Source: Daphnia carinata
Taxonomy: Eukaryota
Length of the DNA: 64,000 bases
Assembly: GCF_022539665.2 (NCBI RefSeq)
Contig: NC_081332.1
Location: forward strand, 186,001 to 250,000
Reading direction: 5' to 3'
In this document: one piece after another, positions 26,087 to 38,659 of the stretch
Layout of the letters: the number at the start of each line of letters is the position of its first letter
Numbering within the stretch: the first letter of the stretch is position 1
Program-made: the position numbers and the translations under genes
The notes under the pieces: generated by a model
What the model saw: the letters and a program-made list of their open reading frames with translations, nothing else
What the model was told of the DNA's origin: nothing
Database searches by the model: none

Positions 26087-26737
26087 TTAGTGGCTGGGAA
26101 GATCCTTATACGTCTTCTTCGTGCCGCAGAGGATTTGATGATGGTCTCGGGTGTGGCACAACCCGCACTGACGAGGATGGGAACAATCGGGGAGCCTCAC
26201 GTGCCCCGCCACGGCCGTCGGGACGAAACACCCGAAACACCTCCGTTGCCCGAAGAGAAGCTCTTGTTTCTCTTGATTGGTGAGGAGCATAACCTCCTCA
26301 CATTCTGCGATCTTCTTTTTGCACGGCGTCGCTCCCGAGACGTGGCACTTAAGGAAACACATGATGTTGGGAGTGTGTACCGGAACTATATACGTAGGAC
26401 GTTCGGGGGTGACGAGCGGCGTGGGCGCAAGAGTTTCGGTCGCCTTTTCACGTTCCTTACGCAGGAGGGACCCGACCTACTCGCTTAACAGGGCTCCCCG
26501 CTCAGTTTTGAAGTGCACGTGCACGTTCACCAGGTCCTTCTGACGCTCGTCGTGTTCCTTGTCGAGGCGAACAATCGCACTTTGGTACAAGTACACTTTC
26601 TCCACGGCTTCCTTTTTTGCTATCAAAATCCCGTCAATGAGTTCCGTGAGGTTGGCCACGCACTCTTGTTCGCGTTCCCTGCTTACTTTAAGTTTTTCCT
26701 TCACGGATGCGGCTGATGGAGGTGGATAGTCTGCCAT
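26087..26737 (-). pseudogene. Extra 3' ORF of BEL/Pao element 2: coiled coil plus Gag-like zinc knuckles, one in-frame stop
   Basis: ORFs 26477-26779 and 26087-26362 are in the same frame, separated only by TAG 26477-26479 and 38 open codons. C-terminus RRCFGCF..GH..C..CGLCHTRDHHQILC. Confidence 0.7.
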
Positions 26738-27106
26738 GGCAATCACGTTGGGTAGAAGTTCACAGGTGGTACGTTTCACTATGACGAAGTTAGGTCGACT
26801 GAATGCCGTCTGCTAACCTAATAGGTTAAACAGTTTCCAATTTTCCTGATGTTTCTAAACAGCAACCGAATTGACTTTCGCCCTTTGCCCTATATTTGAA
26901 CTTGAATATAGGTGGCGTTGAGGGCAAAGGTACTTATTGACTCTTCCACCAGAGCTTAAGTTGCGATTTTCCTACGTTGTTTACATTTGTGTTTTTACAT
27001 TACGATTTACTTGTTACATTTACAATTTTGGTTTTACAAGGGGAGCTACTAATTGTAGCTCCATTACAAATCGGTATTTACATTTTACAATACTGAAATT
27101 TAATTT

Positions 27107-30100
27107 TTACGCTGTTGAAGGTTCCATTTTTTCTTCTTTTGCGTAAATTTGTTGTTCTTTGACTGGTACCATGATACATAATTTGGCCACCGGCCGAGTA
27201 CATGGTTTCGGATGATTGGTAAGTTTTACTTTTACCACTCGAACAACATTATCCGTTGTACTGGGGATAACTTCCAACACTTTACCCATCGGCCATTGCC
27301 CACGCAAAGTATTTGGTTCGATTACAAGTACTAGATCCCCCACGGTGACGTTAGGCCTATTTTCTTGCCATTTTCTTCTCTCGGTTAAGTGGGGAACGTA
27401 TTCACGTAGCCATCTGTTCCAAAAGTGCTGAAGTATAGCTTGACTTTGCTGAAACTGCTTGTTGGTTACGTTCATGTCTTCCACTTCGGTAAATTGTAGG
27501 GGCAAGTATGGCCGAGCTCCACCGTGTAGGAAGTGGTTTGGCGTTAACGGATCCGGGTCTTCTGGGTCCATACTAAGATGAGTTAACGGACGGACATTTA
27601 ATAAAGCTGCCACTTCAGCAATTACAGTTCGTAACACTTGATCCGTGACTAGGCAATTTCCGATGCTTGTCTTCATTGCCCGTTTGCAGGATTGTACAAT
27701 CCTTTCCCAAACACCACCAAAGTGAGGCCCATGGGGTGGAGAGAAATGCCACTCAATCTGTTGACAAGCCATTAACGTCTGAAGTTCTTCGTGCTTGGCA
27801 ACAAGTTCTTCTAGAGCTTGTCGTAACTCTTGCTCGGTAGCGACAAGGTTTGTCCCATTGTCGCTGTAAACCACTTTGGGCTTTCTCCGTAGGCTAACGA
27901 AACGGGAGAAGCAGAGTAAAAACTCCTCCATACTGAGCCCGTTGGCCATTTCCAGGTGAACTGCTCGTGTGGTAAAGCACGTGAATAGGCTGATCCAACG
28001 TTTTTCGTGTCTTCTTCCCCGACCACCAACTCTTACGGTCAAGGGTCCGAAATAATCGATCCCTGTGTACGTAAACACCGCCAGATGTGGTGTCAAACGA
28101 TGGACTGGTAGTGAAGCCATTAAAGGAGGACTAGGTTTTGCCGACGTGCGCTTGCAGGGCCAGCAGTTGTTGAGGACAGATTTTACTACTTTACGTCCAG
28201 AGAGTATCCAGTAGCGAGAGAAGAGGTCCGTCAACAATCTCTCGTCTTGACGTGAATGTTTCTAACGTGATAATCCCAAATTATCCTCTTCGTTAGGAGT
28301 TGAGATGCTGGCAGAAGTATGGGGTGTTTAGCTGCATAGTCGATCGGCGCTAGGAGTATACGTCCTCCAATTCGCATCTGTCCATCTTCATCCAAGAAGG
28401 GCTTGAAGTTGCGAAGTTTGGATCGGAGTGGTAGTTCCAGATTCTTGCGAAGGCCATAGACTTCTTCAGCAAAGGCCAATTCCTGCGCTCGTACGATGCA
28501 TTTTGTCAGCGATGTTACCATTTCTTCTACTGTCAGCTCTCCGACAATGGGTTTTTCATCATGAAGTTTTGCTCCTGCGTTGTTGGTAAATCTTCTACTC
28601 CAGGCTAGCACCCGTTGAATCTTCACCAGGCTGGAAAAACGTGTTATACATCGGTCGATGACATGGTTCTCATCTTCCGTTTTGACTGCCAAAACGCGAA
28701 TCACGTTTACGTCTCGTTCCTCAGGCTCCGTAATCTCTTCCCAAATGTACCACTCTGAAGGGTCTAGGTTCAGGAACGCAGGTCCTCGATGGAAGTAGAC
28801 CAATTCGTCGACGTCCTTTGGTTCGATACCCCTGCTGCAGAGATCCGCTGGGTTTAAGTCTCCCGCAACATGACGCCATTGTCGACGACCCGTGTTTCGG
28901 AGTATTTTTCCGATGCGGTTGTTGACGAAGACTTCAAATCGACACGTCTTCGAGTGGATCCACCGCAGCACTGTTTGCGAGTCTGTGTGGAAGGTTACTT
29001 GCCTCAAATCAATTTCTAGTTCACGACAAATCGTGAGAGCAATGTTGAGGCCTTCTACTGCCGCCTGTAACTCCAAACGGGGAATCGTGAGACCTTTTAC
29101 CGGTGTGACGTGCGTTTTCGACAAGACGAATGACACGTTGACGGAATAGTCTTCAAATACAGTGCGGAAGTAGGCTACTGCTCCGAATCCTTTGGAGCTT
29201 GCATCCGTGAAGACGTGGAGGCACTGTTGAGTATATCGTCCTCGTTTGAAACGGAAGCATCTCCGTACTGAGAGCGACTCCATATTTTCCAGATGATCGT
29301 ACCAGCAATAGAAACGTTGACTCAATGTTTCCGGTACGATGTCATCCCAACCGATCCGTTCTTCGTAGGTCCAGATGTCTTGGAGTAAAGACTTCATAAC
29401 GAAGATAACTGGTGCAACCAGCCCCAACGGGTCGTAGACGCTAGAGATGATGCTTAGGAAGGCTCGCTTCGTGAGTGTCACGTTGTGTGGCGGCTTCCGA
29501 ATCTTGAAAGTCAACACATCTCGTTCGCTGTCCCACATTACTCCCAGCGTTCTTTCGACGGGGAGTTTCTCCAAATCCAGATCCAGAGTTGGTGACGCGA
29601 GGCCAAATTCTCGTAGCGCAGCTATCACCATTCGCGATGACGACGTCCATTTTGTCAGATTGAAACCGCCTAACTGGAGAAGGGACTTCATTTGGCGGGA
29701 CCGTTTGATGACCTCGTCTTCGGAGTGGAATGAGTCGAGATAATTATCTACGTAGAAATTACGTCGAACGCTATCGGCTACGTCTGGAAACTGGCTGCGG
29801 TAGTCGTCGGCTGTCCTGTTGAGGGCAAAGATGCAGCTCGTTGGGGATGAGATAGCTCCGAATACGTGTACCGTCATCTGGTACGTTAACGGAGCTGAAT
29901 TACTGCCAGGCGTCCGGAAGAGAAATCGGAAGGCTGCCTGGTCTGCTTCCGGGACTTTCACTTGGTGAAACATTTTCTCAATGTCCGCTCCGACTGGTAC
30001 GAGGTTACGACGGAAGCGGATGAGCACACCAAGCAGGTTAACGAGTAAGTTAGGTCCTCGGAGCAGATTTTGATTTATCGATGTGCCACCAAACTCAGCA

Positions 30101-31329
30101 GCTCCATCGAATACGACACAAACTTTGGTCGATGAGCTGGAAGGGCTCACGACCCCGTGGTGTGGCAGGTACCACGTCTTGTTTGTCTCCGTCTGGGCTT
30201 CTTGGGTCGTTAGGAGCCGGGCGTGTTTTAACCCGATGTACTCCTTGACTACTGCATCGTACTTATGAGCAAACTCTTCATCCCGATGAAAACGTCGTTC
30301 AAGAGCGTAGAGCCTCTTCAATGCAGCTGCCCGATTGTTTGGGAGATTTACTTCGTCGGCTTTCCACATTAAGCCAACTTGATACTGGTTGCCAATACGT
30401 TTTACTGACGATTCGAGGATGCGTTTCCCACGTAGGTCATCCTCCGATAGAACAGGTGGTTCTATTTCTACTTCGTTGGCCTCAAGGTGCCAAAACTTCT
30501 TCACCAGCTCGTTAAGGTCTTCGGAACGTTCCACGAAGGCCAGATGAGCGATGAACGGGCGTCCGTCTTGTGGTGGACCTGTTTGTCCACCCAGACACCA
30601 GCCAAACGGCGTCTTGAAGGCGATGGGCCCAGTCGTTCCAGCCGGCGGCTTGATGGAAGCTACATGATGGTGGGCCTCTGCGACGTCGATTCCTATCAGC
30701 ACGGTCACGTCCTCTTCTTGCACGGTTGGGACGTCAATACCACGTAGGTGTTTCCATGACTCCAACTGTCGAGGGTCGATCGGCGAATTCGGCGTCACCT
30801 TCAAATTGTCGACGGCGTAAGCGTGTTTGACTTCAAACTGGCTGCTACCATCACGAGACGTTAGGGTGAAGTTTACTACGGAAGCCGTGACGTTAGACAT
30901 GGCTCCGTCATACGAGACGACTTTGATGCGTTTTGATGGCCCAACGAGTCCCAACTTTCTTACTAGGTCGCTCCGAATCAGCGTGGTGTCGCTTCCGGTA
31001 TCAAGGAAACCGAAAGTGTCGACCCACGTTTTTCCAACTCCAACACGAACCGGTACGATCTTGAAACGTATACGTCGTTTTACTGTTTCCAGATGGGTCA
31101 AGGTCCCAAGGAAAGCTGTCGAAGATGGCGCTGATGGAGCAATTGGATCCGCTAGCCTCCTCAATGGGATGAATTCGGATCCGTGAAGCAAGGTGTGGTG
31201 TCTGTTTCCAGTACAATCAGCGACAGTACAGCTGACATCCCTGGGACATTCCTTGCGTTCGTGTTTTCCCGTAAGACATAACAAACATCTTCCGGACCTG
31301 AATACCTTCTCAGCCCTTTTCGTGGGCAT
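27107..31329 (-). pseudogene. BEL/Pao Gag knuckles-PR-RT-RNase H-integrase polyprotein, frameshift near 28235
   Basis: CLLCLTGKH..C..C..HHTLLH, FLDTGSDTT, WYLPHHGV, FYVDN, FTDASSKGFGA, IPRLELQAA, GIDYFGP, SDNGTN. Confidence 0.95.
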
Positions 31330-32242
31330 GTGCTGTGTAATACTGGCGATCTCTCAGGAAGTCGTTGATCTTGAATCGTTCGGGGTTGAACTTTCATTTC
31401 GTCTACTTCCGTTCGAAGGTCTTCGATTTTAGCGGACAAATCCACCTTAACCACGTCAATTTTCTGATCCAAACCGTCCAACGTGTGGTGTGCTTCCCGT
31501 ACTAACGTGTTGTTGGCCGCGATATCTTTGGACGTGATTCTTGAACTATCAATGAGCTTACTAAGTTGTTCGCTCATACTCCTTAACGCCTTGTGAGGGT
31601 TTCTGTGATGGAAGTTGTATTTGCTTCCATCTGGGCCCTTGCCGTTTCCAACTTCAATTCCAGCTTTAGCATCTGTTCTTCTTTCTCTAACTCCCCTTGG
31701 GTTGCTTGTTGGAAAAGGCTGGCTGGTTTAGAGTTGGTACGCCTTTTTTCAGATAGCGTGGTACTACATGTGATGTCCGAAGCTACTGTCTCAATCGAAC
31801 TGGCGGACTGACTTGAGGAAGTGGCGTAGCGATTTGCGAATTTGATAACTTTAACGTGGTCGGTTTCGAAGTCTACTTCCCACTTGTCACATGCTTGACG
31901 TTGTTGCTCAGTCAGGTCGGATAAACTTTCTGTATACTGATTGTGAATTGCTTTGACTTCGTCGTATATACGAATCAATTCGTCACGCCATGCGGTTACT
32001 TGTAACTTCTTTACTCTGATGGCTCCCATCTTGTGGTCTTCCACTGCCTTTCTGAGTTGTGTCGTTAACTTCGTGTGGGCCGCCTTTCTCTTCCCACGTT
32101 TCTTCTTGAGATCGTTTTCGGGAAGTAATGGCCGTTCACTCTTCTGCCGTTCAGGTTTCGATGCGTCTACCATTGGGTTCGGGCCGTGTTCCCAAATGTG
32201 GCCAATTTCCATTTTTTCGGCTTTGAGTGCGGCTTCACTCAT
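31330..32242 (-). pseudogene. BEL/Pao gag N-terminal coiled-coil region (frameshifted)
   Basis: ORFs 31583-32242 and 31161-31577 lie between the PBS and the knuckles; helical, charged composition. Confidence 0.75.
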
Positions 32243-33135
32243 GACGTAGAAACGTTATTAAAGGCTGATAGAGTCACACGTTAACGGATGTCGATGATTC
32301 ACGTAGATACACCGATCTTTTTGTCAGATGGCAAACACGTGGTGGATAGTGGGTGCTTTCAGGCTGGCGTGGACGTCTGCCAAAGGTTTACAGGGAAAAA
32401 TACCCGAAAATTTACAAATCAAGCGAGGGTTTTTACTAACGAGGACGGGAATTGCACGTGTTCGTCAAATCCCGGGTTTCGGCACCATTTGTTGCTGACT
32501 CCGTGCCGAGTAGCAACAGAGAGAAGATGGTGATGATGAGGGTGAATGAAGTTGAAATAAAAATGACGATGATTTAACAAAGGGACGGCTTTATTTCCAA
32601 ACTTGGAAAAGGAAAGGGAAAACTGACACGCTTGATTTGGACAAACTGAGGGGACGAGAAATGAGGCTGGGACAAAAAGGCAGCTGAACGAGACATAAAT
32701 TGGAGACAACTTGTCTGGGTGGCTAACAATACTATTACTACCCCTTTCCCATGGAAAGGAGTAAAAAGAAAACAAAAAATGGGCACACAAATACTAGACA
32801 GGCCCGTGCCCCTTACAGCCCTGCCCGCGAGGGCAGCACCGTAGGTGACAGTGAAGTATTGTAGAAAAGACCACGCTTCGTCATCCGTTAAGACATCCCA
32901 AAGGTTTCTTTCTGTACAAACTCCACACATTCCCATTTTGCAGCTATCTCCACTAAGCTAGTCTCCCACTTTGCGAAACGTTGCTGTATTGGCCTTAAAT
33001 ATGGATTGAGACAAAAGCTACCAACGTCAGGCCACTTGACTGCTGGCACGGCCTCTAAGACCACACCATCACTCCATTTAAACACGGCTTCAAAAACCAT
33101 TATCAATCAATGTTCTTTACGTTCCACGTTTTCAA

Positions 33136-33182
33136 TGAACGTGCTCCGTAGGCAGGCGCCTTATCCATTGGGCCACACATCC
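33136..33182 (-). pseudogene. tRNA-Arg(ACG) type A with T-arm deletion
   Basis: gaacgtg is joined directly to ctccgtaggc, a 26-nt deletion. Confidence 0.85.
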
Positions 33183-34243
33183 ACTGGCGAATTATGAGTG
33201 ACTAGTTAAGAAACTTAACCAAGGGCCACAACAGGTGTTTAACAAATGGATAAGAAATTTATTTCCCCAATTCGTTTAAGCAAATTACTTGTGTTCTGAA
33301 TGTTACTTTACCCAAAGTGAGACTGGCAGACCGAAGTGAGATTCTTTTTACTTAACATACACTTATGAACACCGTCACCGTGATGGTAGGATTCAGCGAC
33401 CTGGCAAAGGGTTCATTCTTTTAGTGATTGAAAAGAATGACTTTACGTTATTAAAGACAAATTGTAATAGGAAAAATGAACTCGGGAAGGCGTTACCACA
33501 ATGCGGAATATATTTTATTCTAATAGGCCAAAGATAATAAAGGCATTACACAGATATAAGATATAAATGGGAAACGGAAATACAAAATGGAGTCAGGCGA
33601 ATTTAGTCTTACCGTCACCGCTGTGGCGAAGATGGAATAAAGATGTCAAACGTTGAAGAGAAAAGATAAGGAAAAACGGGACTTGTCGGTCGCACAAGAA
33701 GCGATGAAGACGCTCACAATAATTATTGAATAAGAACAAATTAAACTCATTATATTTGAAGAAAATAATAACACTTGGAGCACTAAGAATGAGAGCTGGA
33801 ACTAAAACTGGAACTAGAACAAGAGAGAGCTGAAGAACTGTGGAACTAACTTTTGGGGACAAAAAGGGTATCCTTTTATACGTTTTACATGTTTGAGGGA
33901 AACATAGCATTTCCGACAGATGAGCTCCGGATATAAGTTATTGAATATCTCACGCAGCAACATTTCTTATTCAGGAAATGTATGGCGCGATGTTCTACGC
34001 ATTAGGCTCATCCAATCAGCAATAAGCAGGATGTAAAGTATAATATAAAAATAGAATTCAAGGAAATGTCAATGACACTTGAATTACTATATTTATAATG
34101 TATACTTTAAATATAATGCATAACAAACATAATATATAATTTTAATATAAAGAAAACAAACAATGAAGATAAAATATAATCAAAAGTTGTATTTTGGTGA
34201 CTTCGTTACATCACTCCCGGCGGTGCGAGATTACGTCCCGTAA

Positions 34244-35928
34244 TCAGACTTGGTAAGCGAAATCAGGCTCCGGTTCTTGAATTGGGCGACAGCATAACTT
34301 GCTAATAAGTCCGAAAAATCCACAGCCATAACAAATGCGTAAGAAAAGTAGACCCAGGAGGCATAGTACACCGATGAAGAAATAATTTTTAATAGTTTCC
34401 CACCAGCTGGTATAACTAGCCACTCCAGATGCGGATAATAAGACGTTGGTGACACTTGGACGATTATTGGTTGAAAACTCACTCGGCGAATGTTCATTCA
34501 TAGCTGCGGCAATATCAGCCATTATACTCATATGATCCATAATAGTTTCACTATACGCAGGGTTACTTTTATGTTCATAATAAAAAAATTTCACGTCTTC
34601 ATACCGAAAAGAATGCGCAAGAGTTTGTATTGGTAACACGATACTTGCGTTCACAGGCTTCCAAGTGTTATTGCGAAACGCATAAGGTATGTCATTGAAG
34701 TTCACAAATCCATTTGTCCAATAACACGGCGAATATTTAACGAGTTCCCAACCGTCCAAGTTAATTGTATAATTTTTAAATTTTGGTTGCGGTCCGCAAG
34801 ACGTTACGACTGTTTCGAAAGTCACATTTAAAGGTTTACACGAGATGACAATGGCGGTTTTTCCAAAGGCTTGCAATTTTGTGCACTTGGGTAGATCTAG
34901 ATGTGAAGCAGCTAACCAGCCATTATATTGTGCTGCAATAATTGCTCTTACATGTTTCGCATTTCTTGAATCACACTGTAAGATTTGAATTAATCGTGAT
35001 AATTCATTTTCATGGTCCGTAAGTTGATCACGAACATATTGTAAAGTAGCGGGATGGTCCAAATTTTGGCCGCCAGGTGGCGCGAGGTCTGCCAATGTTA
35101 TTGTCGACAAATTTTCCATGATGGCCGCCGTTGTAACGAAGAGTTTTGATTGGCCGAGAATATTAAAGGCATCAGATTTCTTTGAACAAGAGTTTTGTAT
35201 GGGAATACAACGCGGTTGAAAAGTTAAATGAAAATCCAATTGTTTTTTGTCATCTTGAAGGCGAAAAATTTTATCATTTCCCGTTTTTCGTATTAATTTT
35301 CCAATACCAGGTTCAATGAGATGAGCTTTTGGTTCAGATCGTTGAGTATATGTTTTGTCCCAAACTAATGTCAAATGATTATGCGACAAATGACCTGTTG
35401 AGGCAGAAGCAATTCCTATCGGCGTAGAAAAATTACTATCTTCCACATCTTGATATAGGTGAATGTTTTCGAGCACACAACTAATAATTTCCACGTCGAT
35501 CGTTTGTAACCAATGACCAAAAATTTCAGGTTCACGGTCGAATACAAAATTATTTTCCTCAGCAGTCATTTTTTGATCTTCGCACCGAAGACTGTTAATC
35601 ATATCGTTGCACTCATTTGGCGTAGTGTCAAGTGGAATTTTATCCGGCACAATCACCAATTGTCCAAAAAAATTCATGGTGACATGTCGAATTTGTTTCC
35701 ACTTCGCACAAATATATCCTGGAAATTGAACTGCGGCGCGAACTTCACTATGCACTGAATATTGTACGTCAATGGAGTGTTCATCTTTATTTCCGGATGA
35801 CAATCGTCATCCGAAAATTGAATTATTCCCATTTTTGATGATTCAGTACAATCGCATACGGTCGTTTCAAAGGCTCGAACGTGAAGCCCAAAAAGACATA
35901 GCAGTAAGACAATTGGAAAAGGCGACAT
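34244..35928 (-). pseudogene. env: Envelope-like type I membrane glycoprotein, probably class III fusion protein; one frameshift near 35780
   Basis: Signal peptide MSPFPIVLLLCLFGLHVRA followed by VCDC; Cys-rich ectodomain (GYICAKW..NFFG..NEC..C) with NxS/T sites; C-terminal TM YFFIGVLCLLGLLFL with a Cys-rich tail; last ORF before the 3' LTR. Confidence 0.85.
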
Positions 35929-37267
35929 TTCTACATATGTCAAAAAAATAAAAAAAAAACAATACATAAGAAAAATTTAACAATACACAGAGCAGTGGCC
36001 AAAAATATTCTACATCGACATTGGGTTTTTATAATATTTTGGATTATATATATATATAGTTGAAATAAAATAAAAGGTAAAGAAAGAAGAGAAGAGAAGG
36101 TAAAAGTAAAAAACTTTCCGACGGCTTTGAAAGGTCAACGGTCTCCCGTCGGCTTTTCAGTAGCCGCGCTACAGCAAAAGATAGGAAAATAAAAGGGTAT
36201 CGCATTATAACTGTGTTTTGGGCAGAAGGAAAATTTATTTTTTAATCGAAAGTGATATTACTGGGAAGAGGCGAAGATGCTCGTATTTTTCAGAAGGAAA
36301 TAATTGAAAAAGATTGTTTCGTTTAATTATGCGGAGAAGAAAAGAAACGTTTTAAATTCTATGGCGGAAAAAGTCCGTGCGCCAAAGGTCAAACTCAGAT
36401 TTTCGATTTTTTTCTAAGTCCAACGCAATGGAAAAAGGACTTTGTTAGAAACGGAGAGAAAAGATGTGAAACATGAACAGGTGGGCGGAGCTAACGCGCT
36501 TGGAGGGGGACAAGGAATTTTTGGAAATATGAACGCGAGTGGAAGGGGAGGCTTGTTAGTTGCCCTCTGGCAAAATTGGGGAAGTAAAAACATTTTTTCT
36601 TCGCTAGCTGCGAAGTGTTGGAACAAATTCAGTGTTCGCTCGAAAGGGAAAGTGAAAAGAAGTGTAAAGTGAGAGACGCGTTGTGAAAAAAAATCTGGGC
36701 GGTGGCTACATTCAAGAAGAAAAAGTGACTTGGAGATGCAGTAGAAGAGGAATTGTGTGTGTAAAACAATTTGTGCGTTTAGAAGAAAAGTTTTGTTTCT
36801 ACATCATTGATAGTTTTTCATGTTTGTGCTATTGCTGTTAATGTAATTGTATGAAATAAAGGTTTAATAAAATGTTCTAAACTTACTCGGTATCGGATTG
36901 TTAATAATGTTATACTTAAGAAAAACGGAACACAGAATTTAAGGGCATATAATTTTGAAGGAAAACATTTTTCAAAAACACATATAATTTTTAACATCGT
37001 TTATAAGATAAAAAGAAAACAAAAGTGAGAAATAAAATAAAATTCTCTAGTAACATGTTTTGTGCATTCGCTATAACTTTTTTTTTTTTTTTTTTTTTTT
37101 TTTAATTATTATTATTGAGAAAGAATTAAGACAAGACAAGTGTAAGATTAAAAAGTTGTATATAATGAATAATAATATGAAGAAAACAAGAGATAAAATT
37201 ATAAAAGAAATGAATGTGGAAAAAAAACAAACAAAAATAATAGTATAACGAAAACAATAATGAAAGG

Positions 37268-37840
37268 TCAATCATCAATGGTCACGACAATCGGGCCATT
37301 GGGGCGTCTTCCGGCCCGTCCGCAGGTAGGGCAGACGTCTTGTATCCACCATTGGGATAGCGCCCAATTTGGTGGTGGCGGCATGCGGTTCTGTGGGTCA
37401 AGTTCTAAAATTGCTTGAAGGTTTTCCACCGCTCCTTGCCAATTCTCCTCGTATAAAGCGTTTAGTAGCGCCAATCTTAAAACTCCGGTGCGAAGGTAAA
37501 GTTCATGAAGATTTAAATCGCGTCGGGTAGGCCAGGTGGGGCGTGCGGGTTCCGGCATAAGTGTAGCGATTGGCCTTACGCGCACCGGGTTGGATCTTGT
37601 TTGAGGTGGAGCCGGGTTGGGCTGGACCCGGGGTGGAGCACGGATGCGGGTACGGGATGGCAAAGTCACTTACGGTGGGAAAGGTACCCGGGGCGGAACA
37701 GGTGGAGGGGTAATGCGGTTCGATGGCCCCGCTTCCGGCTCATCGAAATCAATTGGCCTTAGCCGCCAAGCACTGTTGGAGCTATGCCGACGAGTGGTGT
37801 ACGGGGAAAGCCGATAATCTCCCGTATGGTCCTTAGACAT
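37268..37840 (-). pseudogene. Gypsy accessory ORF B (~190 codons, Pro/Arg-rich N-terminus, TPR-like + CxxC C-terminus), one in-frame stop
   Basis: ATG 37840; TAA at 37670-37672; the frame continues to EENWQGAVENLQAILELDPQNRMPPPPNWALSQWWIQDVCPTC. Confidence 0.7.
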
Positions 37841-37844
37841 TTTG

Positions 37845-38003
37845 TTAAAATGATTTTTCAAGACTTGTGAGAAAGGATTGATCCCTTTCCTTGCGCCCAC
37901 GTTTGTTATATAAGCAAAAAGTGTCATTGTCAGCTTTCTTGAAATAACTTTTAATGTTTCTTCTTGATGTTGTAAGCAATTCTTCTTTTGTTTCCGAATC
38001 CAT
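37845..38003 (-). CDS. Possible small accessory ORF (52 aa, MDSETKEE...)
   Basis: ATG in an A-rich context; its stop lies 4 nt before the ORF B ATG; shares the ATGGATTCGGA start with ORF A. Confidence 0.35.
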   Translation of the reverse strand: MDSETKEELLTTSRRNIKSYFKKADNDTFCLYNKRGRKERDQSFLTSLEKSF

Positions 38004-38659
38004 TTTTTGTTGCAAAGCAAACGAAGAGATAACCATATATGGGTAACATGAAGAAGGGAATTGATTACAATTTCCAAGAAGTACAAGCATATATAAAAAA
38101 AAAATTTCATTTATAATAAACATATATATATAACAGAATTAACAATTCGTACAACTTAAAAATAACTATAAGAAACAGACAAAAATTGTCGTCAAATTCT
38201 ATTTATATATATTTGAAAATATATATATATATTGAACTGTATTCGCACCCTTGCCGTTCGCTGATCCAATTTCTAATACAGTAGTGTAACACTACTCTTT
38301 CTTCTGCTATTTTTGAATTTCTTTTATTCATTATTAAAACTAACATTTTTTTTTCCAATGTCTACACCAACTGTGGCTCGTAAAAGAAAAGAAAACCCCT
38401 TTTTTTTTCTTTTATTATCATTCGTAAGAGCCAAAATTAAAATTGTATACCCAAAATTTGTATCTAAAGGATAAGTATATTGTTTGTCGGATAAGCGCAA
38501 GAGCAAGAGATACTAAAAGTTGACAAAAGGACACATGAATAGAGTCATAAGAAAAATAACACATACACAAAAGGAATAATATAATAGGCCACACAAAAAG
38601 CACTACAACAAATAAACAAATTTTATAAAGACGATAAAATCTTCAGCTGTCCTGCTTCT

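Larger units (their letters stand above)
25641..32850 (-). mobile_element. BEL/Pao LTR retrotransposon 2
   Basis: 361-bp LTRs 25641-26001 and 32490-32850 (~6 substitutions); 5-bp TSD GTGAA; PBS TGGTGCCGAAACCCGGG (tRNA-Phe type) at 32471-32487. Confidence 0.96.

Noticed and set aside
29740..29760. RT active site YVDN instead of YxDD as a sign of inactivation
   Set aside because: YVDN occurs naturally in some BEL/Pao lineages, so it is not evidence of damage or novelty.
33593..33910. 105-aa hydrophobic ORF repeated at 46229-46546
   Set aside because: Lies within the LTRs and derives from pyrimidine-rich short repeats; its duplication is explained by LTR identity.
36050..36900. Possible antisense transcription unit inside the Gypsy element (GC box, TCAGT, AATAAA on +)
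   Set aside because: Only short generic motifs and no credible ORF; cannot be supported without expression data.
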